A program made the translations under genes and the position numbers. From the NCBI GenBank assembly GCA_963804645.1, contig CAWDRG010000009.1, positions 648,314 to 712,313 of the forward strand: DNA of 64,000 nucleotides. The letters run 5' to 3'. Position 1 is the first letter of the stretch. Every line of letters starts with the position of its first letter. The notes under the pieces are model-generated. The model did no database searches. It was not told where the DNA came from and saw only the letters and a list, made by a program, of their open reading frames with translations. This DNA is from an uncultured Bacillota bacterium (GTDB lineage Bacteria; Sysuimicrobiota; Sysuimicrobiia; Sysuimicrobiales; Segetimicrobiaceae). This document shows, in pieces, positions 1-9,055 of the stretch.

Positions 1-559
1 AGGTCTTCGCCCAGATGCGCGCGGTGATGTCGGTCAAGAGCTCCGCCGCCGCGACGTGCGAGAGGAGCCGGTGCACCTCCCGGACGCGCGGGGTCAGGCG
101 GCCGTCGAGCTCGCCGACGTACACCGGCCCCTCGATTACGAATTCGAGGTGTCCCGGGTCGACGTACGCGCCGCCGTAGTCCGGCAGCGCCCCGATGGTG
201 CGCGCCCGGCCGATCACGGACGCGATCACGTCCTCGTTCGCGAGGCCGTTCTGGAGCGAGACGACGAAGCTCTCGGGGCGCAGCAGGTGCTTGATCCCCT
301 CGACGGCCTCGCGCGTGTGCTGTGACTTCACCGACAGAAAGACGCACTCGAGCGGGTCGCGGAGCTCGTCCGGCGTGTACGCCCGCTGGGGTCCGAGCCG
401 CTGATCCCCCCGCCCCCCGTCGATCAGGAGGCCCTGCGTGCGCAGGTGCTCGACGTGCTCGCGGTTGGTGTCGACGAACGTCACGTCCTCGCCGGCCATC
501 GACATCCACGCGCCCGCGATGCCCCCGATCGCGCCCGCCCCTACGATCGTGATGCGCAT
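1..559 (-). CDS. 2-dehydropantoate 2-reductase (ketopantoate reductase, PanE/ApbA family); partial, C-terminus lies beyond the window start
   Basis: Minus-strand translation from ATG (complement 559..557) reads MRITIVGAGAIGGIAGAWMSMAGEDVTFVDTNREHVEHLRTQGLLIDGG, a Rossmann GxGxxG N-terminus. GGAGGG sits 6 nt upstream. It is a paralog of the PanE at 2755..3825. The ORF track missed it because the ORF runs off the window edge. Confidence 0.75.
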   Translation of the reverse strand, partial: MRITIVGAGAIGGIAGAWMSMAGEDVTFVDTNREHVEHLRTQGLLIDGGRGDQRLGPQRAYTPDELRDPLECVFLSVKSQHTREAVEGIKHLLRPESFVVSLQNGLANEDVIASVIGRARTIGALPDYGGAYVDPGHLEFVIEGPVYVGELDGRLTPRVREVHRLLSHVAAAELLTDITARIWAKT

Positions 560-882
560 CGTCGTCCCTCCGGTGTGCGCGGTGACGCTGCGTGGGGATG
601 CGGCGAGCGGCGCCTCGACCGCGCCGCGCAGACCGCACCGACGGCTACTTCTCGCCCGCCGGGCGCCAATACCTCTCGCCGGGGCGGGGAGGAGATCCGG
701 GACGGTGACCAGAAGCACGCGTGCCAGTACGCGGCGGGCTCGACGCGGCACGGGTGGGGCGTGGACACGGTCACCGCCGGCGCAGACGCGCGGCCGTCTC
801 TGGAGGCGGGGCTGAGCGTGGTCGGCGGGGGGGTGCTCGGGATCGTCGCGCGGCCGGCCGGGGCGCCGTGGCGGGACCCGTC

Positions 883-1824
883 GTGACCGTGTTCGTGCTG
901 CGCCGGACGATCGGGCTCATCCCGCTCCTTGTCGGCGTGTCGATCATCCTCTTCTGTCTCCTGCAGTCGATCCCCGGCGGGCCGATCGCGGTCTACCTCG
1001 ATAATCCCTACATCACCGCCAAGGATATCGCGCTGCTCCGCCACCAGTTCGGGCTCGATCAGCCGCTCTACGTCCAGTACTTGCGATGGTTCGGCGCGTA
1101 CGCGGCCGGGCACTGGGGCGTCAGCTACGCGTCGGGGCAGCCGGTCGCCATGCTGATCGCGGGCCGGGTGCCGGCGACGCTCCTGCTGATGGGCACCTCG
1201 TTTGCGCTGGCGCTCGCGTTCGCGCTGACGGCCGGGGTCTACAGCGCGCTCCGGCAGTACTCGGCGGCGGACTACGGGATCACCGTGGTGGCGTTCCTCG
1301 GGATCTCGATGCCGGTGTTTTGGTTCGGCCTGATGCTCCAGCTGGTGTTCGCGGTGCACTTCGGCTGGCTGCCCGTGGCCGGGTTTGGCGGCGGCAGCTG
1401 GGTCGACACCGTGCGGCACCTGGTGCTGCCCAGCGCGGCCCTCGCGATGTTCACGGCCGGGCGGTGGAGCCGGTACACGCGGGCCGGGGTGCTCGACGTG
1501 CTGCGCCAGGACTACATCCGCACGGCGCGCGCGAAAGGCCTGTCGCAGCGGCGGGTCGTCTCCCACCACGCGCTGCGCAACAGCCTGATCCCCGTGGTGA
1601 CGGTCGTCGCCCTGGACCTCGCGGCGCTCGTCTCGGGCGCCGTCGTGACGGAGACCGTGTTCGCGTGGCCGGGGATGGGCAACCTGCTGATTCAGTCGAT
1701 CCGGAACGCGGACTACCCGACGCTCTTGGCGATCCTGATGCTCAGCTCGTTCGCGATCGTGGTCGCCAACCTGGCCGCCGACGTGTTCTACAGCCTGCTC
1801 GACCCGCGGATCGTCTACCGATGA
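883..1824 (+). CDS. ABC transporter permease, DppB/OppB family (peptide/nickel/opine type)
   Basis: Track ORF 721..1824, trimmed to the in-frame GTG at 883 (VTVFVLRRTIGLIPLL...). Multi-pass membrane protein with the binding-protein-dependent transport signature (...YIRTARAKGLSQRRVVSHHALRNSLIPVVTVV...). Confidence 0.9.
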   Translation: MTVFVLRRTIGLIPLLVGVSIILFCLLQSIPGGPIAVYLDNPYITAKDIALLRHQFGLDQPLYVQYLRWFGAYAAGHWGVSYASGQPVAMLIAGRVPATLLLMGTSFALALAFALTAGVYSALRQYSAADYGITVVAFLGISMPVFWFGLMLQLVFAVHFGWLPVAGFGGGSWVDTVRHLVLPSAALAMFTAGRWSRYTRAGVLDVLRQDYIRTARAKGLSQRRVVSHHALRNSLIPVVTVVALDLAALVSGAVVTETVFAWPGMGNLLIQSIRNADYPTLLAILMLSSFAIVVANLAADVFYSLLDPRIVYR

Positions 1825-2696
1825 GCATGCGCGCCGCAGCGCTGCCGCTCCGGCGGTCCGGCCTGTGGCTCGACGCGTGGCGCCGGTTCGCGCGTGACCG
1901 CCTGGCGCTGACAGGCGGCGTGGTGCTGGCGGTCCTCGCGCTCGCCGCCGCGGGCGCGCCGCTGTTCACGCAGTACGCCCCGGATCAGGTCGACCTCCAA
2001 TCGCTGGACGCAGCGCCGTCGGCCGCGCACTGGTTCGGGACGGACGACCTGGGCCGCGACGAGTTCAGCCGGGCGCTGTACGCTGGCCGCGTATCGCTGT
2101 CGATCGGCGTCGCGAGCGCGCTCGTGTCCGCGAGCGTCGGCACCACGGTGGGCGCCGCGGCCGGCTACTACGGCGGGATCGTCGACAGCGCGCTGATGCG
2201 CCTGACCGACGTCGTGCTGTCGATCCCGCCGCTGCCGCTCGTGATCGTGCTGTCGGCCATCGTGAAGCCGTCGCCGCTGACCCTGATCCTGATCATTGCG
2301 GGGATCGGCTGGATGGGGACCGCGCGCCTCGTCCGGGGCGCGCTCTTGACGATCCGGGAGACCGAGTACGTCGAAGCGGCGCGCGCGGTGGGCTGCGGCA
2401 GCCTGCGGGTCATTCTCCGCCACGCGCTGCCGAACGGGCTCGCGCCGGTGATCGTGGCGGCCACGCTGGCCGTCGGCAACGCGATCATCACGGAGTCCGT
2501 GCTCTCGTTTCTCGGCGTCGGCATCCAGCCGCCGACGGCCTCGTGGGGGAACATGCTGCAGAACGCGGAATCGACGATGGCGAGCAAGCCGTGGCTGTCG
2601 GTGTTCCCCGGGGTGTTCATCCTGCTGAGCGTGCTCAGCGTGAACGGGCTGGGGGACGGCCTGCGGGATGCGCTCGACGTGAGGTCGAAGGAATGA
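1821..2696 (+). CDS. ABC transporter permease, DppC/OppC family
   Basis: MSMRAAALPLRRSGLWLDAWRRF... The ATG at 1821 overlaps the upstream stop in an ATGA arrangement. N-terminal OppC-type segment and an EAA-like loop (ETEYVEAARAVGCGSLRVILRHALPN). Confidence 0.9.
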   Translation: MSMRAAALPLRRSGLWLDAWRRFARDRLALTGGVVLAVLALAAAGAPLFTQYAPDQVDLQSLDAAPSAAHWFGTDDLGRDEFSRALYAGRVSLSIGVASALVSASVGTTVGAAAGYYGGIVDSALMRLTDVVLSIPPLPLVIVLSAIVKPSPLTLILIIAGIGWMGTARLVRGALLTIRETEYVEAARAVGCGSLRVILRHALPNGLAPVIVAATLAVGNAIITESVLSFLGVGIQPPTASWGNMLQNAESTMASKPWLSVFPGVFILLSVLSVNGLGDGLRDALDVRSKE

Positions 2697-2754
2697 GGGG
2701 CGGGCCAGCCCGCCGCCGGCCCACGGGGCCGGGCGCAGCGTGAGGAGGGAGCGG

Positions 2755-3825
2755 ATGTCGAAGATCGCGATCGTGGGGTGCGGGGCCATCGGCGGCCTGG
2801 CCGGCTTCTACATGGCCCAAGCCGGGGAGCCGGTGCTGTTCATCGATCAGAACGCGGAGCATGTGCGCGCGATCCGGGAGCGGGGCATCTCCGTGAACGG
2901 GATGTACGGGCCGATGGCGATCGGGCCACAGCGCGCCGTCACGCCCGCAGAGATTGAGGAGCCGCTCGACGGCTTGATCTTCCTCGCGTGCAAGTCGCAG
3001 GCGACGGCCGCCGCGATCCGTGGCATCGCGCCGCACGTCGCCCCGACCGGCTGCGTCGTGTCGCTGCAGAACGGCATGAACGAGGACACGATCGCCGAGG
3101 TCGTCGGCCGCGAGCGCACGATGGGCGCGCTGCCCGACTACGGCGGCGCGTACCTCGATCCCGGCGTGCTCGAGTCCGTCCACGCGGGGGTCGTGTACGT
3201 CGGCGAGCTCGACGGCCGCCTGACGCCCCGCGCGCGCGAGGCGGCGCGCCTCTTGGGAATCGGGAAGAACACGTGCGAGCTGCTGACCGACATCGTCGGA
3301 CGGGTGTGGACCAAACAGGTCTACAACTCGCAGATCGTCGTGACGGCGCTGATCGACTCGGCCGCGGTCCTTGCCGACAAGAAGATCCAGCGGCTGGCGG
3401 GGGCGAACGTGCGCGAGGCGATGCAGGTGTCCGACGCGGCCGGGATTAAGCTGCACGGCGACGAGTGGTTTCACCCGGAGCTGTACCACCCCAAGACGCC
3501 GGCGGACACCGAGAAGCTCCTCGCTTCGTACGACCGGCTCGTCGAGCACCTGTCGGGCCACAAGCTGACGCCGGCGCCCGGAGGCTACCAGTACGTCAAG
3601 AAGGCGAGCGGCATCCACTGGGACATCGTCTACCGGAAGCGGAAGAGCGAGGCCGCCTATCTCACGGTGGTGATGATCGCCGACAGGTACGGGGTCAAGG
3701 TCCCCCTCAACGAGCGGATCGTCGGGATGATCGCGGAGATCGAGGACGGGAAGCGGCAGCTCGGCTATCATAACATCGAGGAAGCGAGCGCGTACGCGGC
3801 GCAGCTCGGAGTCGCCCTCCCGTAG
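2755..3825 (+). CDS. 2-dehydropantoate 2-reductase (PanE/ApbA family)
   Basis: MSKIAIVGCGAIGGLAGFYMAQAG... with GAGGAGGGA 5 nt upstream. Whole-length similarity to ketopantoate reductases. Second PanE paralog in the window. Confidence 0.8.
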   Translation: MSKIAIVGCGAIGGLAGFYMAQAGEPVLFIDQNAEHVRAIRERGISVNGMYGPMAIGPQRAVTPAEIEEPLDGLIFLACKSQATAAAIRGIAPHVAPTGCVVSLQNGMNEDTIAEVVGRERTMGALPDYGGAYLDPGVLESVHAGVVYVGELDGRLTPRAREAARLLGIGKNTCELLTDIVGRVWTKQVYNSQIVVTALIDSAAVLADKKIQRLAGANVREAMQVSDAAGIKLHGDEWFHPELYHPKTPADTEKLLASYDRLVEHLSGHKLTPAPGGYQYVKKASGIHWDIVYRKRKSEAAYLTVVMIADRYGVKVPLNERIVGMIAEIEDGKRQLGYHNIEEASAYAAQLGVALP

Positions 3826-3936
3826 GTGGCGCCCTTGGTGCCCGGCACTCCCGACACGTCACACTCGATGAGGCCCGCAGCATGACGGCCAGCGTGGTCG
3901 GCTGCAGGCCCGCGACTGAGAGAGATGGAGGATAGG

Positions 3937-5103
3937 ATGAGCGTAGAATTGTCAGATGATCAACGGTCGATCCGCGACGGCGTGCGCGATCTGTGCGAGA
4001 AGTTCCCCGATGCGTACTGGCGCAAACTCGACGAGACCGCCGCGTACCCGGAGGAATTCCTCAAGGCGCTCTCGGCGGGCGGCTGGCTCGCCGCGCTCAT
4101 TCCCGAGGAGTACGGCGGGACCGGGCTCGGCATCACGGAAGCGTCGGTCATCCTTGAGGAGATCAACCACTCCGGGGGCAACGCCGGCGCGTGCCACGCG
4201 CAGATGTACATCATGGGGACGGTGCTCAGGCACGGGAGCGAGGAGCAGAAGCGGCGGTGGCTGCCCGAGATCGCGTCCGGGGCCCTGCGCCTGCAGGCGT
4301 TCGGCGTGACCGAGCCGGCCGCCGGCTCGGAGACGACGCGGATCCAGACGACCGCGGTGCGCCGGGACGGCCGCTACATCGTCAACGGCCAGAAGGTGTT
4401 CATCTCCCGGGCCGAGCACTCGGAATTGATGCTCCTGCTCGCGCGCACGACCCCGTACGAGGAACTCAAGGACAAGACGCGCGGTCTCTCGGTGTTCATG
4501 GTGGACCTTCGGGAGGCGGTCGCGCGGGGCACGGTGCAGATCAAGCCGATCCGCACGATGATGAACCACCATTCGACCGAGCTGTTCATCACCGACCTCG
4601 AAATCCCCGCCGAGAACCTGATCGGCGAGGAGGGCCTGGGCTTCCGCTACATCATCGACGGGTGGAACGCGGAGCGGATCCTGATCGCCGCGGAGTCGAT
4701 CGGGGACGGACGCTGGTTCATCGAGCGGGCATCGAAGTACGCGAAGGAGCGCGTCGTGTTCGGGAAGCCGATCGGCGCGAACCAGGGGGTGCAGTTTCCG
4801 CTCGCGCTCGCCCACGCGCACCTCGAGGCCGCGAACTTGATGCGGTTCCACGCGGCGGGCCTGTTCGATCAGGGGAAGCGCTGCGGCGCCGAGGCGAACA
4901 TGGCCAAGCTGCTCGGAGCGGACGCTGCGTGGGAGGCCGCGAACGCGTGCCTCGACGCGCACGGCGGCTACGGGTTTGCCGCGGAGTACGACGTCGAGCG
5001 CAAGTTCCGGGAGACCCGGCTGTACACGGTCGCCCCGGTCAGCAACAATCTCGTGCTCGCCTACCTGGGGCAGCACGTGCTGGGCCTGCCGCGGTCCTAC
5101 TGA
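3937..5103 (+). CDS. acyl-CoA dehydrogenase family protein
   Basis: 389 aa with typical acyl-CoA dehydrogenase architecture: N-terminal helical domain, central beta-barrel (GSETTRIQTTAVRRDGRYIVNGQKVFIS) and C-terminal helical domain (...DAHGGYGFAAEYDVERKFRETRLYTVAP). GGAGGA precedes the ATG at 3937. An alternative ATG lies at 3925. Confidence 0.85.
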   Translation: MSVELSDDQRSIRDGVRDLCEKFPDAYWRKLDETAAYPEEFLKALSAGGWLAALIPEEYGGTGLGITEASVILEEINHSGGNAGACHAQMYIMGTVLRHGSEEQKRRWLPEIASGALRLQAFGVTEPAAGSETTRIQTTAVRRDGRYIVNGQKVFISRAEHSELMLLLARTTPYEELKDKTRGLSVFMVDLREAVARGTVQIKPIRTMMNHHSTELFITDLEIPAENLIGEEGLGFRYIIDGWNAERILIAAESIGDGRWFIERASKYAKERVVFGKPIGANQGVQFPLALAHAHLEAANLMRFHAAGLFDQGKRCGAEANMAKLLGADAAWEAANACLDAHGGYGFAAEYDVERKFRETRLYTVAPVSNNLVLAYLGQHVLGLPRSY

Positions 5104-5122
5104 GGATCCCGAGGCCGCGCCG

Positions 5123-6376
5123 ATGGGGGGCAACCGGATGACGCGCCGAAACACGAAGCAGGCCGACGACCGCAGCGCGGCGCCGACGGCCGGGATCCTG
5201 GGCGGGATTCGCGTCCTCGACCTGACCCGCAACATCGCCGGGCCGTACTGCGCGATGATCCTCGGCGATCTCGGCGCCGACGTCATCAAGGTGGAGCGGC
5301 CGGGGAGCGGGGACGACTGCCGCGAGTGGCGGCCTCCGTCGTGGCACGGGTACAGCACCACGTTCGTCAACTTCAACCGCAACAAGCGCAGCCTGGCCGC
5401 GGACCTCGACAGCGCGGACGGCCAGGAGATCGTGCGCCGGCTCGCCCGGCGGGCGGACGTCGTCGTGGAGAGCTTCCGCACCGGGAGCCTCGCGAAGCGC
5501 GGCCTCGATTACGCGCAGGTGCGCGCCGACAATCCCCGCGTCATTTACTGTTCGATCACCGGGTTCGGCTCGACCGGCCCGCTGCGGAACCGGCCCGGGT
5601 ACGACCCGATCGTCCAGGCCTACTCCGGGATCATGAGCACCACCGGCGAGCCCGGCCGCGCTCCGGCGCGGACGGGTCCGTCCATCGTCGACAACGGCGC
5701 GGGGATGTGGTGCGCGCTCGCGGTGCTCGCCTCGCTGTACGCCCGCGAGCGCACCGGCGAGGGCAGCCGCATCGAGACCAGCCTGCTCGAGACCGGCGTG
5801 GCGTGGATGGGATACCACCTGCTCGGCTATCTGGGCACCGGCCGGGTCCCCGGCCCGGTGGGATCCAAGGCGGTGATGATCGCGCCGTACGAGGGCTTCA
5901 AGACGCGCGAGGGCTACCTGCAGCTCGCGGCGGGGAACGACCAGATCTTCAGGCGGCTCTGCGACGTCCTCGAGGTGCGTGAGCTTCTGTCGGACGCGCG
6001 GTTCGGCACCAACGCGGACCGGGTCACCAATCGCGACGCGCTCCACGAGCTGCTCGAGGCCCGCTTCGTCGCCCGCACCGCGCGGGAGTGGGAGGACATC
6101 CTGCTCGAGCACGACGTCCCGTGCAGCTGCGTACGGACGCTCGACCAGGTGGCCGCCGACCCGCAGGTCGAGGCGCTCGACATGCTGCCCGCGGTGCCCT
6201 ATCCGCCGATCCCGGATCTGCGGCTGGTCAACCAGGCGTTCCAGATCAACGGACAGCGCGCATCCCGCCTGGAGCCGCCTCCGGAATTGGGGCAGCACAC
6301 CGACGAAGTCCTCGCGGAATGCGGCTACACGGCGGATGAGATCGCGGTCCTGCGGCGGGAGAACGTCGTCGGCTGA
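5123..6376 (+). CDS. CoA-transferase family III (CaiB/BaiF/Frc-like)
   Basis: GIRVLDLTRNIAGPYCAMILGDLGADVIKVERPGSGDDCREW... matches the family-III CoA-transferase N-terminal signature, with the typical interlocked-dimer length of about 415 aa. Sits 20 nt downstream of the acyl-CoA dehydrogenase. Confidence 0.85.
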   Translation: MGGNRMTRRNTKQADDRSAAPTAGILGGIRVLDLTRNIAGPYCAMILGDLGADVIKVERPGSGDDCREWRPPSWHGYSTTFVNFNRNKRSLAADLDSADGQEIVRRLARRADVVVESFRTGSLAKRGLDYAQVRADNPRVIYCSITGFGSTGPLRNRPGYDPIVQAYSGIMSTTGEPGRAPARTGPSIVDNGAGMWCALAVLASLYARERTGEGSRIETSLLETGVAWMGYHLLGYLGTGRVPGPVGSKAVMIAPYEGFKTREGYLQLAAGNDQIFRRLCDVLEVRELLSDARFGTNADRVTNRDALHELLEARFVARTAREWEDILLEHDVPCSCVRTLDQVAADPQVEALDMLPAVPYPPIPDLRLVNQAFQINGQRASRLEPPPELGQHTDEVLAECGYTADEIAVLRRENVVG

Positions 6377-6394
6377 GGGCTGAGGCGCGCGCGG

Positions 6395-7390
6395 CTACGC
6401 GGCGCCGCCCCAGCGGATCGTGCACGCGCCCCACGTGTAGCCGGCCCCGAACGCCACCATCACGCCGAGGTCCCCGGGCCGCACGCGGCCGGCCTCGATC
6501 GCCTCGTACAGCGCCACCGGGATCGACGCCGACGACGTGTTGCCGTACCGCTGCACGTTCACGAAAAACTTACTCTTCGGCACGCCCAGCCGGACCGCGA
6601 CGGAGTCGATGATCCTGAGGTTCGCCTGGTGCGGAATGACGAAGTCCACGTCGTCCGCGGTGAGGTGGGCGCGGCGCAGCGCCTCGCCGACGGCTTTCGG
6701 CATCTGCTGGACCGCGAACTTGTAGACCTCCGTGCCGTTCATCGCGAGAAAGTGCTCCCCGCGCTCGACCGTCTCGAGCGACGCCGGCGAGCGGCTGCCG
6801 CCGGCGCGCATGTGCAGGTGGTGCCGCCCCTCGCCGTTGCCGCCCAGCACGAATGACAGGAATCCGGACCCCGCCTTGGCGGGCCGGACGACGGCCGCGC
6901 CCGCCGCGTCGCCGAAGAGCACGCACGTCGACCGGTCGCGCCAGTTGGTGATGCGGGAGAGCGTGTCGGCGCCGACCACGAGGACGGTCTCGGCCTGGTC
7001 GGACATGATCGCGCCGTGCGCGGCGCTCAGCGCGTAGACGAAGCTCGAGCACGCGGACGACACGTCGAGACAGCCCACGGTGCGCGCGCCGAGCCGCTCC
7101 TGCAGCAGACACGAGACGTTCGGGAACGACGTGTCCGGGGTCGCCGTGCCGACGATGATCAGGTCGAGGTCGCTCGCGCCCACGCCCGCCGCGGCGAGCG
7201 CCTCGGTCGCCGCCCCGAAGGCCAAGTCGGAACTCGCCTCCTCGGGCGCCGCGATCCGGCGCTCCTGGATGCCGGTGTGGCTCCGGATCCATTCATCGGT
7301 GGAGTCGATCGTTGGGGCGAGCTCGGCGTTCGTGACGACCCGTGCGGGGACATACCGTCCCATGCCCACGATCGTGGATCCGCTGTGCAT
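6395..7390 (-). CDS. fabH: 3-oxoacyl-[ACP] synthase III (KAS III / FabH family)
   Basis: MHSGSTIVGMGRYVPARVVTNAEL... The catalytic Cys context (LDVSSACSSFVYAL) and the HQAN and NTSSAS motifs are conserved. The track ORF starts 27 codons earlier; it was trimmed to the Met that fits FabH N-termini. Confidence 0.85.
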   Translation of the reverse strand: MHSGSTIVGMGRYVPARVVTNAELAPTIDSTDEWIRSHTGIQERRIAAPEEASSDLAFGAATEALAAAGVGASDLDLIIVGTATPDTSFPNVSCLLQERLGARTVGCLDVSSACSSFVYALSAAHGAIMSDQAETVLVVGADTLSRITNWRDRSTCVLFGDAAGAAVVRPAKAGSGFLSFVLGGNGEGRHHLHMRAGGSRSPASLETVERGEHFLAMNGTEVYKFAVQQMPKAVGEALRRAHLTADDVDFVIPHQANLRIIDSVAVRLGVPKSKFFVNVQRYGNTSSASIPVALYEAIEAGRVRPGDLGVMVAFGAGYTWGACTIRWGGAA

Positions 7391-7701
7391 CTCGCTGCCC
7401 TCGTCGTCGGTTCGTATGCGGCGCGTCCTGTCCGGCGGGTCGTGCGCGGGCACACGTGAACCCAGCACCACACTCCCGGCAAGGATGACTGAGGCCGCCC
7501 GGCGTCAGGCCCCGAGGCCAGCTCGGCTTCCCCGTCTACTTCGAGACGGACGGGCCGGACCCTCCGCGCGGGCGCGTCTACTTGTTAATGCCCGCGGGGG
7601 CGGAGGACCGGCGCGCCACGCGCCCGAATCCTACGCCCGCCGGCCCGGCCGCGCCGCGCGCCGCCGGGCCGGTCGAGGACCGCACGCGGGAGGATGAGCC
7701 G

Positions 7702-8154
7702 GTGAGCCTGTACTACGAGGACGTGGAGATCGGGACGGTGTACGAGAGCCCCGGCCGCACCATCACCGAGTCGGACGTCGTCGCGTTCGCCGCGCTGTCG
7801 GGCGATTGGAACCGGATCCACACCGACGCGGAATACGCGAAGACGACGCCGTTCGGGCAGCGGATCGCCCACGGACTGCTGGGCATCGCGATCGCCTCGG
7901 GCCTGGCCGTGCGGCTCGGAACGTTCGCCGACACCACGATCGCCATGCTGGGGGTGGAGTGGACGTTCCGCGCACCGGTATTCATCGGGGACACCGTGCA
8001 CCTGCGCATCCGCGTCGTCTCGAAGCGCCGCACGTCCCGCGGCACCCGCGGGCTCGTCGTGCGGCGCCTCGAGCTCCTGAACCAGCAGGGTGCGGTGGTG
8101 CAGGACGGCACGATCTCCCTGATGGTCACGGCGCGCTCGGCGGAGGGTGAATGA
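7702..8154 (+). CDS. MaoC-like (R)-specific enoyl-CoA hydratase / hot-dog dehydratase
   Basis: GTG start with GGGAGGA upstream. VSLYYEDVEIGTVYESPGRTITESDVVAFAALSGDWNRIHTDAEYAKTTPFGQRIAHGLL is a canonical MaoC hot-dog motif. Transcribed divergently from fabH. Confidence 0.8.
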   Translation: MSLYYEDVEIGTVYESPGRTITESDVVAFAALSGDWNRIHTDAEYAKTTPFGQRIAHGLLGIAIASGLAVRLGTFADTTIAMLGVEWTFRAPVFIGDTVHLRIRVVSKRRTSRGTRGLVVRRLELLNQQGAVVQDGTISLMVTARSAEGE

Positions 8155-8900
8155 TGGATCCCCTGCTGCGCGCGCGGCACGCGCTGGTGACGGGCGGCGG
8201 ATCCGGGATCGGCCGGGCGATCGCGCTGCGCTTCGCGGAGGAGGGCGCGCACGTCTTCATCCTCGATCTGAACGACGAGGCCGCGCGGGAAACCGCGGAC
8301 GCGGTGGCCGCGCTGGGGCGCACGTCCGGGTGGGCCCGCGCCGACGTCGCCGACGCGCGGCAGGTCGCCGCGGGGGTCGAGGCTGCGGAGGCGCGGCTCG
8401 GCCACCTCGACACGCTGGTGAACAACGCCGGGATCACGCGGGACGCGACGATCGCGAAGCTTGCCGAGGCGGACTGGGACCTCGTGCTTGGCGTCCACCT
8501 CAAAGGCACGTTTCTCTGCACCCAGGCGGCGGCGCCGCGCCTGCGCGCGGCCGGGGGCGGCGCGATCGTCAACATCTCGTCGATCTCCGGCAAGATCGGC
8601 AACTTCGGCCAGGCGAACTACGCGTCCGCGAAAGCCGGGATCGTGGCCCTGACCAAGGTGACGGCCCGCGAGTACGCCCGCTACGGCGTGCGCGCGAACG
8701 CGATCCAGCCTGGGCTGGTCGACACGGCGATGACGCGCGTCATGACGCCGGAGATGATCGCCCAGCGTGTCAAGGACACCCCGCTCGGCCGCATCGGGAA
8801 ACCGGAAGACATCGCCAGCGTCGCGCTGTTCCTCGCGAGCGACCTCGCCGCGTTCGTGACGGGCGCGGTCATCGAGGTGACCGGCGGGCGGTTTATGTGA
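8151..8900 (+). CDS. SDR family oxidoreductase, FabG-like 3-oxoacyl-ACP reductase
   Basis: TGGGSGIGRAIA cofactor motif, NNAG, and catalytic YASAKAG (YxxxK). The ATGA overlap with the MaoC gene indicates translational coupling. Confidence 0.85.
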   Translation: MMDPLLRARHALVTGGGSGIGRAIALRFAEEGAHVFILDLNDEAARETADAVAALGRTSGWARADVADARQVAAGVEAAEARLGHLDTLVNNAGITRDATIAKLAEADWDLVLGVHLKGTFLCTQAAAPRLRAAGGGAIVNISSISGKIGNFGQANYASAKAGIVALTKVTAREYARYGVRANAIQPGLVDTAMTRVMTPEMIAQRVKDTPLGRIGKPEDIASVALFLASDLAAFVTGAVIEVTGGRFM

Positions 8901-9055
8901 CCACCCGGCCCGCGGCGGCGACAGGGACCCGTGCCGCCCCCGGAGAATCCGCGAGAGGTGCCTGACCCCTGCCGCTCGGTGAGCGGTTGACTTCCGATTC
9001 CCCGACTCCAGCCAAGCCCGTTCCACCGCCATCGCCCGCGGGCGGCGCGGCCCAC

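Noticed and set aside
541-1569. 342-aa minus-strand ORF, and many similar long Arg/Pro/Ala-rich ORFs throughout (e.g. 1815..2789 -, 2635..3771 -, 3952..5481 -, 10501..13266 -, 13067..15274 -, 26031..27233 +, 33352..34317 -)
   Set aside because: These are antisense or off-frame shadows of the real genes, expected in 70% GC DNA where stop codons are rare. They have low-complexity R/P/A/G composition, no RBS and no recognisable domains. Each overlaps a well-supported gene on the other strand or frame.
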